Below are positions 32,622 through 41,941 of a stretch of 64,000 nucleotides of DNA, in pieces. Every line of letters starts with the position of its first letter. The stretch's first letter is position 1. The position numbers and the translations under genes were made by a program. The notes under the pieces were generated by a model. It saw only the letters and a list, made by a program, of their open reading frames with translations, did no database searches and was not told the origin of the DNA. Source of the stretch: a virus. Where the stretch lies: positions 6,356-70,355 of the IMG/VR virus record IMGVR_UViG_3300035670_000164; one strand, written 5' to 3'.

Positions 32622-34759
32622 TAATTTCCTCTTTTTGCTATTGCTTTGATTACTGTCTTCATGATGGTAGTTTGAATTTCTAATTCATCTAGTGGGTTAG
32701 ATAATTTATTATTAAATCCAATGATTTTAGATTGAATGGTATCTTCATCTAAATTCATATCTACTAAGAGTAGAGCATATTTAATAAGTACATTATTTCT
32801 ATTACCTTCTTCCATTTGATTACTAAACCATCTTTCAAGATTAGAAAGACTAGATGAATCTACATACTTTTTCTTATTTTCATCTGCTTTAGATGTTTTA
32901 GGAATAAATTGTAAAGCATCTAATATCTCACCATCATTGTAGTAATGAGTTCCTTTATTAGATAGCCATTTCTTACTTCTTTGATGTGTATTATCAACTT
33001 CAAATGGAAGCCAATTACATACATTTTTCATGAATTCAGAAAAATCTTTATCATTTAATTTTACTTCATGGCTTATAGGTAAGATTAATCTAAATCTATG
33101 AGTTTCTTCTGAATGTCTTTTAGTTGTATAAGTTAAAAAAGTATAATCTTTTAATAAGATATGAACCAAGTTTAATGAAACTGATCCATCTATATCTAAT
33201 ACAATTATGTTAAATCCAGGAATAGCATTTTTTTCTAGTCTATAGTCTTCAACAAAGTGATGATTACACCAATGAATATTGTCTGCTTGGAAACCTTTAT
33301 AAAGTTTATTCCATTCAGTAAATCTTGGCTTATATCCTTCTGCTAATTGAGTAGAATAAGATAAAATTATAGAATCCAAATTAGTTTCTTTTAATGATTC
33401 ACCTAGTAGAAAATCTATACCATCAATTGAAAATCTTTTAATGATAATATTATTTTTATAACCATAAGCCGTAGCTAAAGTTATTAATTCTCTTTTTTGT
33501 GATTCAGTTCCTTTAAGTACACCAGCTTCAATTAAATCTACTTGAGTTACTTCTGAATTAATAGAAGATAAATATTTAGCTAATCTTACATAAGGTCTTT
33601 CTCTAGTAAGAATTTTTTCAAATGCTTCACCAGAATCTTCTACTAAACTAATAGCTTGTTGAATATGTTTTATAGATATTTGATATGAACTATCTACAAA
33701 AGCATAGGCTCCAGCTAATTTAAGAGTTTTCCAATATCTATGTTCTAATTCTCTTTTTTTAAGTGTCTCATGTTCTCCTAATGTAAAAGATAAATTTTCA
33801 CAATCTAATTTATATTGATGTAAAAGGATTTCTGCTTCTTCATCAATTAAAATCTTTTTATTGTAATTTAATGGATTAGCTAATATTTCTAATTTTTGAG
33901 ATATATTATATAAGCTAGTAGAATGTTTTGGGTCTTTAAGATATTCAAATAACTCTTTAGCAGATAAATCTTTTGGTTTAATGTTTGTTTTACCAAAACC
34001 AAAAATACATCTTCTTGCAAATCCAGTACCTAATAAAGTATCAAATTCTTCTTCTACTTTATTACCATCTAATAGTTTAGTTGGTTCACCAAAAGCTAAT
34101 AAATTACATGGAACTCTTCCTTTACGTTCTTTAGTTCTTTGATTATCTTTGGTATTCATTTTTAATTTTTCTCTTATTTCTCCTGTATCATAAGCTTCTA
34201 AAAATGCAGTTAATAACTCATTATTACCTGAAAGATTACTTCCAATTTCATCCATAATTAAGTTTAAACTTCCAATAGGTACAAGAAGCATTTTAGCTCT
34301 ATATTGTTTGAATGCTGGTTTAGAACCAGAATCAAATGAAGATAAAAATTCTCCATAACTTTTATATTCTTTTTGTAATTTATCTAACTCTTCTTGTTGA
34401 TCTGTATTATTTTTAATAGCTTCATTCATAGCTATTTTATTTAAAGTATCATCAACTATTATTGGAAGAGTTTCTTCAAGAAATCTTTTAGTAAATAAAT
34501 GAGTAACTTTATCATTAATAATACCTAATGATTTATTCTTACTATATCCTTGGATTGCTAAATTAATTACATAACCATTAATAGGAATATGTGTTCCAAA
34601 TGATTGAGTATAAATTGTAGCTCTCATCATTGATGCTAATTGCCAAAATGTAAATGAAACTAAGTTTCTAAAGAAACCTCTATCATCTACTTGTGTAATG
34701 GCACATTGAGCATCAACAATTTCTTCTGCAATAGGAAAATAAGTTTTTTCTTGATTCAT
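32621..34759 (-). CDS. DNA primase (N4 gp43-like)
   Basis: DEIGSNL; VLDIDG; YTTKRH...RFRLILP; C-terminal PriCT-like GNRNN.L. Confidence 0.88.
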   Translation of the reverse strand: MNQEKTYFPIAEEIVDAQCAITQVDDRGFFRNLVSFTFWQLASMMRATIYTQSFGTHIPINGYVINLAIQGYSKNKSLGIINDKVTHLFTKRFLEETLPIIVDDTLNKIAMNEAIKNNTDQQEELDKLQKEYKSYGEFLSSFDSGSKPAFKQYRAKMLLVPIGSLNLIMDEIGSNLSGNNELLTAFLEAYDTGEIREKLKMNTKDNQRTKERKGRVPCNLLAFGEPTKLLDGNKVEEEFDTLLGTGFARRCIFGFGKTNIKPKDLSAKELFEYLKDPKHSTSLYNISQKLEILANPLNYNKKILIDEEAEILLHQYKLDCENLSFTLGEHETLKKRELEHRYWKTLKLAGAYAFVDSSYQISIKHIQQAISLVEDSGEAFEKILTRERPYVRLAKYLSSINSEVTQVDLIEAGVLKGTESQKRELITLATAYGYKNNIIIKRFSIDGIDFLLGESLKETNLDSIILSYSTQLAEGYKPRFTEWNKLYKGFQADNIHWCNHHFVEDYRLEKNAIPGFNIIVLDIDGSVSLNLVHILLKDYTFLTYTTKRHSEETHRFRLILPISHEVKLNDKDFSEFMKNVCNWLPFEVDNTHQRSKKWLSNKGTHYYNDGEILDALQFIPKTSKADENKKKYVDSSSLSNLERWFSNQMEEGNRNNVLIKYALLLVDMNLDEDTIQSKIIGFNNKLSNPLDELEIQTTIMKTVIKAIAKRGN

Positions 34760-34761
34760 AT

Positions 34762-35097
34762 TTAAAATGGAATTGTAATTTCAGGACCATCAGGTAATTC
34801 ATCTCTATTTAATTTACCTGTCCATACTTTAGTTAATTTACTTCTACTAAAATTAGTACCAAAACACATATTTAAGTAATCACATAATTCCTCTGTAGTT
34901 TCATAAAGTTGTGGAGGAATTTTATTGATATTATATTCATCTTGTTCTTCTTTTTTTAGAAGAATGAAATCATACATTTGTTTAGTAATTTTAGTAGTAT
35001 CAGATGGCTTTCTATATTTTTTAAATTGTAAGTCAGAAACCGTAGTTTCAATAGATTTTGGTTTGCTAAACCAAGTAAATGGATTATACCAAGTCAT
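34762..35097 (-). CDS. hypothetical protein
   Basis: ORF with RBS (AGAGG). Confidence 0.6.
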   Translation of the reverse strand: MTWYNPFTWFSKPKSIETTVSDLQFKKYRKPSDTTKITKQMYDFILLKKEEQDEYNINKIPPQLYETTEELCDYLNMCFGTNFSRSKLTKVWTGKLNRDELPDGPEITIPF

Positions 35098-35124
35098 TTA
35101 TATACCTCTTTATTTAATGTATTG

Positions 35125-35146
35125 TAAAAAAGCGTCCAAAGGATGC
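35125..35146 (-). terminator. probable intrinsic terminator (GCATCC-TTT-GGACGC + T6)
   Basis: Hairpin plus U-tract right after the nuclease stop codon. Confidence 0.6.
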
Positions 35147-36148
35147 TTAAATTAAATTTTGAATTAACAATTGTTGAAATTGTTTACATGAAGTTGTTGC
35201 AGAACAGTATGAACAATATTTAGCTTTACCTTTAAATTCTACTACTTTACCTGAACTACCTTCTTTATGATATTGAGTCCAAGCAGTAACAGAATCTTCA
35301 TATACTTTTGTAGCTTTAATAGCATTTTTACTTTTATAATATTTCCATTTAGATTTACTCATCCATAACTCTTCTGGAGTACATTCTGGTAATTCTATTT
35401 CTGGATTATCTAAGTAAAATTGTATTTGATTAAGTTTATTCTTAATATACTGTTTTGTATCTTCTATAGATTTAAGAATAAGATTTTGATGAAATATTTG
35501 TTCAGGATAATTAGGGTCTTTTAAAGATTCTATTTCACTCCAATCTGTAATATTCCAAATAATTTTCATAACATCAGAAGTAACTATATCTGGATTTAAC
35601 CATCTATAAATACTTCCTTGAAGAATATCTTTTTCTTTATTAGAAGAATGTTTATAAGCATAAGCTTTTCTATTCTTTAAATCTTGTATTTCACCATCAA
35701 TGATAAGATCATATTTACCTGATATAGTCCAACCATTAATTTCTTTCTCCACTCTTTGTTCTACATATACTGGAATAAAATTTTTATATTTATTAAAGTA
35801 GTATTCTAAATCCTCTTGTAAAGGGTTAATAACAACATCTTTCCAATTATCAAATCCAAGTGATGCTAATGCTTCATAAGGATTAAGCCAAGCATCTTCT
35901 AATGCAGTATGTATTGCTGTACCAATAGTTGAGGGTATACGTTCGGATATGTCCTGAGAGCCACTAGATTGACTTCTAAGGCTTAAAACTATTTCTCTAA
36001 TAGACTTTTGTAAAGTGGTAGCAGAAATAGTTTTAGAACCCGTTTTAACATCATATCTATTAGTTGCTAGTAATACAGCAAATGCTAAAGGAATATTCTT
36101 TTTATTCGTATATTTCAACTGAATTAACTCCTTGTTCATATATGTCAA
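35147..36148 (-). CDS. PD-(D/E)XK exonuclease (N4 gp42-like)
   Basis: IGTAIHTALE; ISGKYDLIIDGEIQDLK; QGSIYRWL; C-terminal Cys cluster. Confidence 0.88.
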   Translation of the reverse strand: MTYMNKELIQLKYTNKKNIPLAFAVLLATNRYDVKTGSKTISATTLQKSIREIVLSLRSQSSGSQDISERIPSTIGTAIHTALEDAWLNPYEALASLGFDNWKDVVINPLQEDLEYYFNKYKNFIPVYVEQRVEKEINGWTISGKYDLIIDGEIQDLKNRKAYAYKHSSNKEKDILQGSIYRWLNPDIVTSDVMKIIWNITDWSEIESLKDPNYPEQIFHQNLILKSIEDTKQYIKNKLNQIQFYLDNPEIELPECTPEELWMSKSKWKYYKSKNAIKATKVYEDSVTAWTQYHKEGSSGKVVEFKGKAKYCSYCSATTSCKQFQQLLIQNLI

Positions 36149-36332
36149 TTAACATTTGTTCTAAACAAATTAAAGCTTCTCGTATATCTTCTAAATCACA
36201 ATAAGAATACATGTCTTCAAGAATTTCTAACTCATTTAATTCTTTTTTATATTTAACAAAGTCTTCCCAAGTTGTATCTAGGTAAGTATTGAAATATTGC
36301 TGTAAAGCATAATCTTGAAATTCTGTATTCAT
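36102..36332 (-). CDS. hypothetical protein
   Basis: Operonic ORF. Confidence 0.5.
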   Translation of the reverse strand: MNTEFQDYALQQYFNTYLDTTWEDFVKYKKELNELEILEDMYSYCDLEDIREALICLEQMLIDIYEQGVNSVEIYE

Positions 36333-36703
36333 AATAATTTACGAATAGATTCCATCATCTTTTGTTTAGCTAATTTTGAAGCTTCACTTTTTTGTATTTT
36401 ACCATTTTCATCTTTAACTACAGTTTCATTTACTTTATTCATATTATTTGCATGAACCAAATTCCATACATCATTTGGGTTTACACCATGAGACCAAATA
36501 TAACCTAAAGTAACTACAAGTAAATCTGTAGCTTCTTTAAGTATATTTTCATCACCTTCATCATTTTGAATTGCATTAAATAATTCATTAATTTCTTCTT
36601 CAATTAATTGAGAATATAAATAGATTTGATCTGGATTATATGTAGTAGTAGTTTGATTACCCATATACATAAAATCTCTTTGATCTTGTGCCATATCTAT
36701 CAT
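36329..36703 (-). CDS. MazG-like NTP pyrophosphohydrolase
   Basis: LIEEEINEL...LKEATDLLVV...VHANNMNK...DENGKIQK. Confidence 0.85.
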   Translation of the reverse strand: MIDMAQDQRDFMYMGNQTTTTYNPDQIYLYSQLIEEEINELFNAIQNDEGDENILKEATDLLVVTLGYIWSHGVNPNDVWNLVHANNMNKVNETVVKDENGKIQKSEASKLAKQKMMESIRKLL

Positions 36704-36939
36704 TATTTATCTCCATAAAGTTTAACAATAATTTGATTTGCAAGAGTAAAAGAATGTTCTATTGAATGCCCATACCCAATACACTCTGCAATATATACCT
36801 TTCTCCAGTATTCTTTTTCTTTTGCTACATTAATTTCTTCTTGTTGAATTAACATAGATTTAAGTAATTCAGAATTTTCTTTTGCTAAAGCTTTTGCATT
36901 AATTTCTGCAAATTCTTGTTGTGATAGTTCATCTGCCAT
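36703..36939 (-). CDS. hypothetical protein
   Basis: Operonic ORF. Confidence 0.5.
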   Translation of the reverse strand: MADELSQQEFAEINAKALAKENSELLKSMLIQQEEINVAKEKEYWRKVYIAECIGYGHSIEHSFTLANQIIVKLYGDK

Positions 36940-36944
36940 AAAAT

Positions 36945-37544
36945 TTATCCTTTAAATGATGTTCTAAATTTAGTTTTACCTGAACTAGAAGCAAAATACA
37001 AAATCTTACTTTTAGTTTTAGGAGAATAATGTTTTACTACTGTAAGAATTTCTTTATATTTTTTTAAATTTTTAACCGTTCTTAATTTATATGTTTTATA
37101 GTGTTTTGAATGGACTACATCACATAAATTAGAACTTTTAGCTTTAAATTGTTTTGGATGTTTACTACGATTAATTGCCACTTGGTACATATTTTCCCAA
37201 GTAGTTTTAGATTCACTTCTACCCTCAAAATAAATTGATTGAGCTATACAAATTTCTTCTTGCGGTGTTACAGCTTTAGCTACTTTTCCAAAAGTAAATT
37301 CTAAAAGTATTATTGCTATAATCCACCAATATAGAAGATGAAGAATTTTTTTATCTAATTTTAATTGAGAAATTTCATCAGATAATTTTTCATTAATTCT
37401 TCTTTCAGTAAAAGATTCATTTTTACAGCTTTGAATTATTTGTTTAGTAATTTGTTGTTCATGGATTATATCTTCATGTTTAACCCATTCACCTGTATTA
37501 GATTGTTCCATTAATCCAATAAAACTTCTATGATAGCGATTCAT
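36945..37544 (-). CDS. SleB/Hydrolase_2-like cell wall hydrolase with internal transmembrane helix
   Basis: CIAQSIYFEGRSE...VAINR...LCDVV; TM segment LLYWWIIAIILLEFTF. Confidence 0.7.
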   Translation of the reverse strand: MNRYHRSFIGLMEQSNTGEWVKHEDIIHEQQITKQIIQSCKNESFTERRINEKLSDEISQLKLDKKILHLLYWWIIAIILLEFTFGKVAKAVTPQEEICIAQSIYFEGRSESKTTWENMYQVAINRSKHPKQFKAKSSNLCDVVHSKHYKTYKLRTVKNLKKYKEILTVVKHYSPKTKSKILYFASSSGKTKFRTSFKG

Positions 37545-37713
37545 AATGTTTACTCTATTTTAACTGGAAGTATTCTATACTTATGTTGTGGATCGTTCTC
37601 TACATATTCTTTTCTTCTTTGATTAGCTTCTTTTTTATCTTCTTCTATACAAACGGTTTCCCATTGATGAAAGTTACTAAACCAACCTTGAATATGATAT
37701 TCATATTCTGTTT

Positions 37714-37905
37714 TCATAATAATTTCTCTAATTCTTCTTCAAAGTTATAGTAAGTAAGTAAAAATTCACACTGTTCTAATAATTTTTTATAAGCTTTAAG
37801 TTCTGATTTACTTCTTTCAGAAATACCATTATTTTCTAAACTATTTAATACTTGTTGTAAATCTTTACTTGTATTTTCAATTTCACAATAACTCATATTA
37901 CTCAT
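37714..37905 (-). CDS. conserved small phage protein
   Basis: MSNMSYCEIENTSKDL motif. Confidence 0.6.
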   Translation of the reverse strand: MSNMSYCEIENTSKDLQQVLNSLENNGISERSKSELKAYKKLLEQCEFLLTYYNFEEELEKLL

Positions 37906-38780
37906 TTTTTTAATTCCTCTTCAATTTGATGTCTCATTTGATTCCAACCTTTAAGATTACCCTTACCAGAATTACCTGGTGTACAAACAAATTCAAAGGG
38001 TGAAGCATGAAGTACGTCTGAACCAATCAATTTATTATAAATAGATTTAGCTTTTTCAATAGATGTATCTGATGTTCTATATGATGTTTGAGCGCAACAA
38101 GATACAGATATTTGTTTAAAATGTTCTAAAGTACAATTTGAAGAAAATACATAACTTCCTTTATATTTACCAAATTGTTCTCTTGGAAGTGTTACATAAG
38201 GGGTATGCCATTCACCATTTTTAAGTAATTCTGGGTTAGATTTACTTACTACTTCTTTAATTTGATAAGCTAATTCTTGAAATTCTGGTTGAGCATCTGG
38301 ATGTAATCTAAGTTTAATCATATTATTAAATGTATTACCTTGGCTTAAACATTTTACATAAGAAATATATTCACAATTTCTATTAGCAAGTTGTTTATGT
38401 AATCCAAGGAATGAATACCACCAACTAAATCCAAGATTGATATATCCATTAATAATCCAAGATATTCTAGCAATTCTTTTAATATTGGGATGAACCTCTT
38501 TATGAGCTTGCATTCCTTTTTGTTCTTTACCCCAATACCAAGGAATGAACATCTTATTGCGAATATTCTTTCTCATGGTTTTAGCTGGTATAGCTCTTGA
38601 TGAACTTACTGCATTAGAGAACTCTCTATGTCTTAACCATTCACTATGAATAATTCTAGGATGTTCATGTTCTATACAAATTACTTCATCACCAGATTCA
38701 TTAACTGAGTGAGCAATTACTTTTGCTGTTATATGTTTATCTTTTTTCATTATCTTTAAACCATAGTAAAAATAAAGCAT
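37902..38780 (-). CDS. thyX: FAD-dependent thymidylate synthase
   Basis: HSEWLRHREFSNAVSSSRAIP; LRLHPDAQPE; HASPFE. The true start may be the Met at 38750. Confidence 0.9.
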   Translation of the reverse strand: MLYFYYGLKIMKKDKHITAKVIAHSVNESGDEVICIEHEHPRIIHSEWLRHREFSNAVSSSRAIPAKTMRKNIRNKMFIPWYWGKEQKGMQAHKEVHPNIKRIARISWIINGYINLGFSWWYSFLGLHKQLANRNCEYISYVKCLSQGNTFNNMIKLRLHPDAQPEFQELAYQIKEVVSKSNPELLKNGEWHTPYVTLPREQFGKYKGSYVFSSNCTLEHFKQISVSCCAQTSYRTSDTSIEKAKSIYNKLIGSDVLHASPFEFVCTPGNSGKGNLKGWNQMRHQIEEELKK

Positions 38781-39198
38781 TACAAATTAGATGTGCTAAA
38801 TGGGGTAAGTTAGATTCTTGATCTAACCACTCTTCATTAAAGTAAGCTGTAAGATGTCTCATACAAGCTTCTTTATAATCTTCTGGATTACAATTTTTCC
38901 AATTATCTTTTGAATACTTTTTAGCACCAAACATCATTACTTGAACTACATATTCAAGCTGTTTAAATGGGAGTAAAGTCCAAAGTAATTTATCTTTAGT
39001 TTCTTTAATTCCAGCTAATTCAAACCATTTAGCATCTATTAAATTATCAAAATTTGAATTAATTTTTATACCTCTTTCACATACAGCGTAAATAATATAA
39101 ATATCATTATGATTTAAGTGTAAAGCAGTATGAAACCAATCTTCATTTAATACTTCTGGTTTAAATTTAACCTTATCCCCAACTTTAAAATTCATCAT
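38737..39198 (-). CDS. dATP/dGTP diphosphohydrolase domain protein (DUF5664-like)
   Basis: LLPF..LE.V..VM.FGAKKY...NW...RHL...DQESNLPHLAH..CN. Confidence 0.85.
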   Translation of the reverse strand: MMNFKVGDKVKFKPEVLNEDWFHTALHLNHNDIYIIYAVCERGIKINSNFDNLIDAKWFELAGIKETKDKLLWTLLPFKQLEYVVQVMMFGAKKYSKDNWKNCNPEDYKEACMRHLTAYFNEEWLDQESNLPHLAHLICNALFLLWFKDNEKR

Positions 39199-39415
39199 CT
39201 TCTTCCTCGTCTGTTAAACCAAATGCACATCTTTTACACTCGACTGCATTAAGTAATTTAAGTCTTTCATGTTCAATTAATCTTCCACATTTTTTACATT
39301 TTTTATCTTTACCATCCCATTTATTAAATTTTACTCTTTGTTTATAACGAAGTTCCATTTCCATAAGTTCATATTGACTTCCTTGGTCTGCTTTTACTAT
39401 ATCTTCAAATGACAT
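39185..39415 (-). CDS. TraR/DksA-type C4 zinc finger protein
   Basis: CKKCGRLIEHERL....AVECKRC with N-terminal D-x-x-x-x-D. Confidence 0.7.
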   Translation of the reverse strand: MSFEDIVKADQGSQYELMEMELRYKQRVKFNKWDGKDKKCKKCGRLIEHERLKLLNAVECKRCAFGLTDEEEDDEF

Positions 39416-39417
39416 AA

Positions 39418-39666
39418 TTATTCCTCATCAAATTTAATATTTGTTTCAATATATCCATAAGATAATGATCTAATTATTCTATGAAATTTAATATGAAAAA
39501 ATGTAAATCCAAATTGTATTTTGTATTTATATCCTAATTGTATTTTAGCTTCTTCTTCTGTTAAATTAGGTACTCTATCTTCCGATACATAATAAATATC
39601 TATCCAAGGAGTAAAGCTTTTAGAGAAGTAGTTTATACATTTTGGTAAATTATCTTCATTACACAT
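39418..39666 (-). CDS. hypothetical protein
   Basis: Operonic ORF. Confidence 0.5.
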   Translation of the reverse strand: MCNEDNLPKCINYFSKSFTPWIDIYYVSEDRVPNLTEEEAKIQLGYKYKIQFGFTFFHIKFHRIIRSLSYGYIETNIKFDEE

Positions 39667-39675
39667 TGTTATTTC

Positions 39676-39960
39676 CTAAATTTTATTCCAACCATCTAAC
39701 ATTTCTTTACCATTTAAATACCATATAAAATTTTTTTGTTGGATATGGACTCCAGGTATTCCATTTAATCTTTCTTTAGTTGTATTAGTTATATATCCTT
39801 GATGATTTACTTCTAAACCTTGAGAAGTTAATCTAGCAATACAATTACCATGTAAGTACATCATAGATACCCTTGTAGAATGTTCTACAGATGTATTTCC
39901 TTTATGAAAATTATATTTATTTGTAAAAGCATCTATTGCTTCTTGTGTTATTTTACGCAT
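39676..39960 (-). CDS. conserved phage hypothetical protein
   Basis: YLHGNCIA...TNTTKERLN motif; RBS GAGGT. Confidence 0.65.
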   Translation of the reverse strand: MRKITQEAIDAFTNKYNFHKGNTSVEHSTRVSMMYLHGNCIARLTSQGLEVNHQGYITNTTKERLNGIPGVHIQQKNFIWYLNGKEMLDGWNKI

Positions 39961-40055
39961 AGTTTTCTTTATACCTCAAATATAGCTCTAAATTGCACGA
40001 GGATTCGATTTAAGCCACTTTATTAATATAAATAATACATTTGAATGACTTACAT

Positions 40056-40088
40056 AAAAAAGAAAGCCAGTAAGTGATTACTGGCTTT
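40056..40088 (-). terminator. intrinsic terminator ending the tRNA region
   Basis: AAAGCCAGTAA-TCAC-TTACTGGCTTT followed by CTTTTTT. Confidence 0.75.
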
Positions 40089-40164
40089 GAGTGTGCCTTA
40101 CGGCAATCTTAGGAGTTTATCATGTATGAGCATGATTCTTGGATTAGGTATTAACCTAAAAATT

Positions 40165-40241
40165 TGGTACTCCCCATAGGATTTGAACCTACATATTACA
40201 TATTATGAGTATGCTGCATTAACCTATTATGCTAAAGGAGT
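40165..40241 (-). tRNA. tRNA with CAT anticodon (Met or Ile2), CCA encoded
   Basis: ACTCCTT...GCATA-CTCATAA-TATGT...GTAGG-TTCAAAT-CCTAT-GGGGAGT-A-CCA cloverleaf. Confidence 0.88.
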
Positions 40242-40247
40242 TTAAAT

Positions 40248-40340
40248 TGGTGGATAATAAAAGATTTAAACTTTTAACTCTTAATAAATTAATAGAAATT
40301 CTACTAATCCTAAGCGTGTTCTCAATTACACTAATTATCC
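40248..40340 (-). ncRNA. tRNA-like RNA with an extended hairpin in place of the anticodon loop
   Basis: Acceptor stem GGATAAT/ATTATCC + ACCA, D stem GTGT/ACAC, T arm AAAAG-TTTAAAT-CTTTT; no 7-nt anticodon loop. Confidence 0.65.
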
Positions 40341-40482
40341 AAATTTAGCTGTATTGATTAGCTACAATACATTAATTGCTGGTTACGTTATCCAGCTTCT
40401 TAAGAAACACACACCACTATAAAACTTAAGAACGTATTTACAATAAAGACACTAATCACAATACATTTATTGTAAAATTAGT

Positions 40483-40632
40483 TTACTTTTTACCTTTATT
40501 TCTGTCAATACTTCTTTGGTATCTAAAGCTACCTTTAGAACCTTGTTTCATTGTTCGAGTTCTATTCAAGAAATAATTCTTTCTTGATGAACCATATTTT
40601 TGTTTACTACCTTTGCGATTGTCTTTAGCCAT
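40483..40632 (-). CDS. 49-aa highly basic protein
   Basis: MAKDNRKGSKQKYGSSRKNYFLNRTRTMKQGSKGSFRYQRSIDRNKGKK; start overlaps the upstream stop (TAATG). Confidence 0.6.
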   Translation of the reverse strand: MAKDNRKGSKQKYGSSRKNYFLNRTRTMKQGSKGSFRYQRSIDRNKGKK

Positions 40633-40841
40633 TACAGAATTCTCTCAATTAATTGTTCTATTTCAAATTGTTCTTTATTTAATAAATTTCTAATAAATAA
40701 GTTTAGTCTAATAGACATTGGTTCATAAATACACTCTTGTAGATATTCTTTATAATTTCTATTACCAAATTCTATAATTAAACCAATATCTATTAAAATA
40801 CCTTTTGCTTCTTTAATATCTTCTCTAGTTAATCCTTCCAT
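40632..40841 (-). CDS. hypothetical protein
   Basis: Operonic ORF. Confidence 0.5.
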   Translation of the reverse strand: MEGLTREDIKEAKGILIDIGLIIEFGNRNYKEYLQECIYEPMSIRLNLFIRNLLNKEQFEIEQLIERIL

Positions 40842-41941
40842 TATTCTCCTTTAGTTAATTTTTGTAATTGTCGTTTAGTTGCATTAATTGGTACTTTAAT
40901 TGAATAGGACCAATTAGGATAATTTATATCCATTTCTGCATTAATTTTTACTATATCATGTTGTAATTCTGGTAATTCATTCCAACACATACATTCAATA
41001 AGATTTTTATTAAACCACTCTACACAGCCATAAGTATTTCTAATAAGAAAATACTGAGCATCATGGATATGTACCATAGGTCTAATATCATACTTGTATT
41101 TAGAATTTAATACTCTTTGTTGTAATTCTATTGCTGCTCTATTATTAAGTAATCCATAAGATTGTCCACCAATAGCATTACCTACAGTTCTTGCTTCGGA
41201 TTTAGCTTCATAAGGTGTATTTTTAGAACCAAGAATTACTTGTTTAAGTATTGGTGTTCTTACTCTTAAACCAAATGCAGTAGTACAATATCCAGTATAT
41301 GTAGCTTCTTCTATTTGTTTATTAATCCAATCTTCACTTACTTTATATAAATTATGATAGTTGGCTTCAATAGCTTTAGCTTCATGTTCTGGAATACCAT
41401 TATCAGCAAATGTTCTCCATGTTCCACCATATTGTGCTGCAAAAGAAATTGTTTTAGAATCTTGTCTTATTGTTGAATATTTATCTTTAATTAAATTAAT
41501 ACTTTCTTTTGTATTTTCTATATCTTTTAATTTATCTGGATAATAGTGATAAGCATTCCAACAATGAGAATCAATACCTTCAATCATAGGTCTAAGTTTA
41601 TTCGGGTCTTTAGTTAATAAAGCATTAACTACAGACTCGAGAGCGTTAAAATCACTAGATACCATTAACCAACCTTTAGGTGCTACAAAGCAAGATTTAA
41701 TTAATTTTGCATGAGTAGATGTGGAAGGTATCTGTTGCATGTTAGGATCAGATGAACTTAATCTACCTGATACAGTTCCACCTAAATTCATAGAACCATG
41801 TAAATAGTAATACCCATCATCTTTTAATATAGACTTGGTTTTAAATGCTTCAATGAATGTACCAAGTATTTTTTCTACAGCAGCATATTCTATTAAAGCA
41901 TCTAATAGTTTAATAATTTCTATTGCTTCTTGTTTATTCAT
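40841..41941 (-). CDS. family A DNA polymerase, C-terminal (polymerase) part
   Basis: GTVSGRLSSSDPNMQQIP; motif A DFNALE; motif B RQDSKTISFAAQYG; motif C IHDAQYF. Confidence 0.93.
   Translation of the reverse strand: MNKQEAIEIIKLLDALIEYAAVEKILGTFIEAFKTKSILKDDGYYYLHGSMNLGGTVSGRLSSSDPNMQQIPSTSTHAKLIKSCFVAPKGWLMVSSDFNALESVVNALLTKDPNKLRPMIEGIDSHCWNAYHYYPDKLKDIENTKESINLIKDKYSTIRQDSKTISFAAQYGGTWRTFADNGIPEHEAKAIEANYHNLYKVSEDWINKQIEEATYTGYCTTAFGLRVRTPILKQVILGSKNTPYEAKSEARTVGNAIGGQSYGLLNNRAAIELQQRVLNSKYKYDIRPMVHIHDAQYFLIRNTYGCVEWFNKNLIECMCWNELPELQHDIVKINAEMDINYPNWSYSIKVPINATKRQLQKLTKGE

Noticed and set aside
38737-39198. Z-genome (2-aminoadenine) pathway suggested by the dATP/dGTP diphosphohydrolase
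   Set aside because: No PurZ or DatZ-like gene recognised in the window, and this domain is common in ordinary phages.
40090-40164. HDV-like theta ribozyme downstream of the tRNA
   Set aside because: Could not build the nested double pseudoknot; only simple hairpins are visible.
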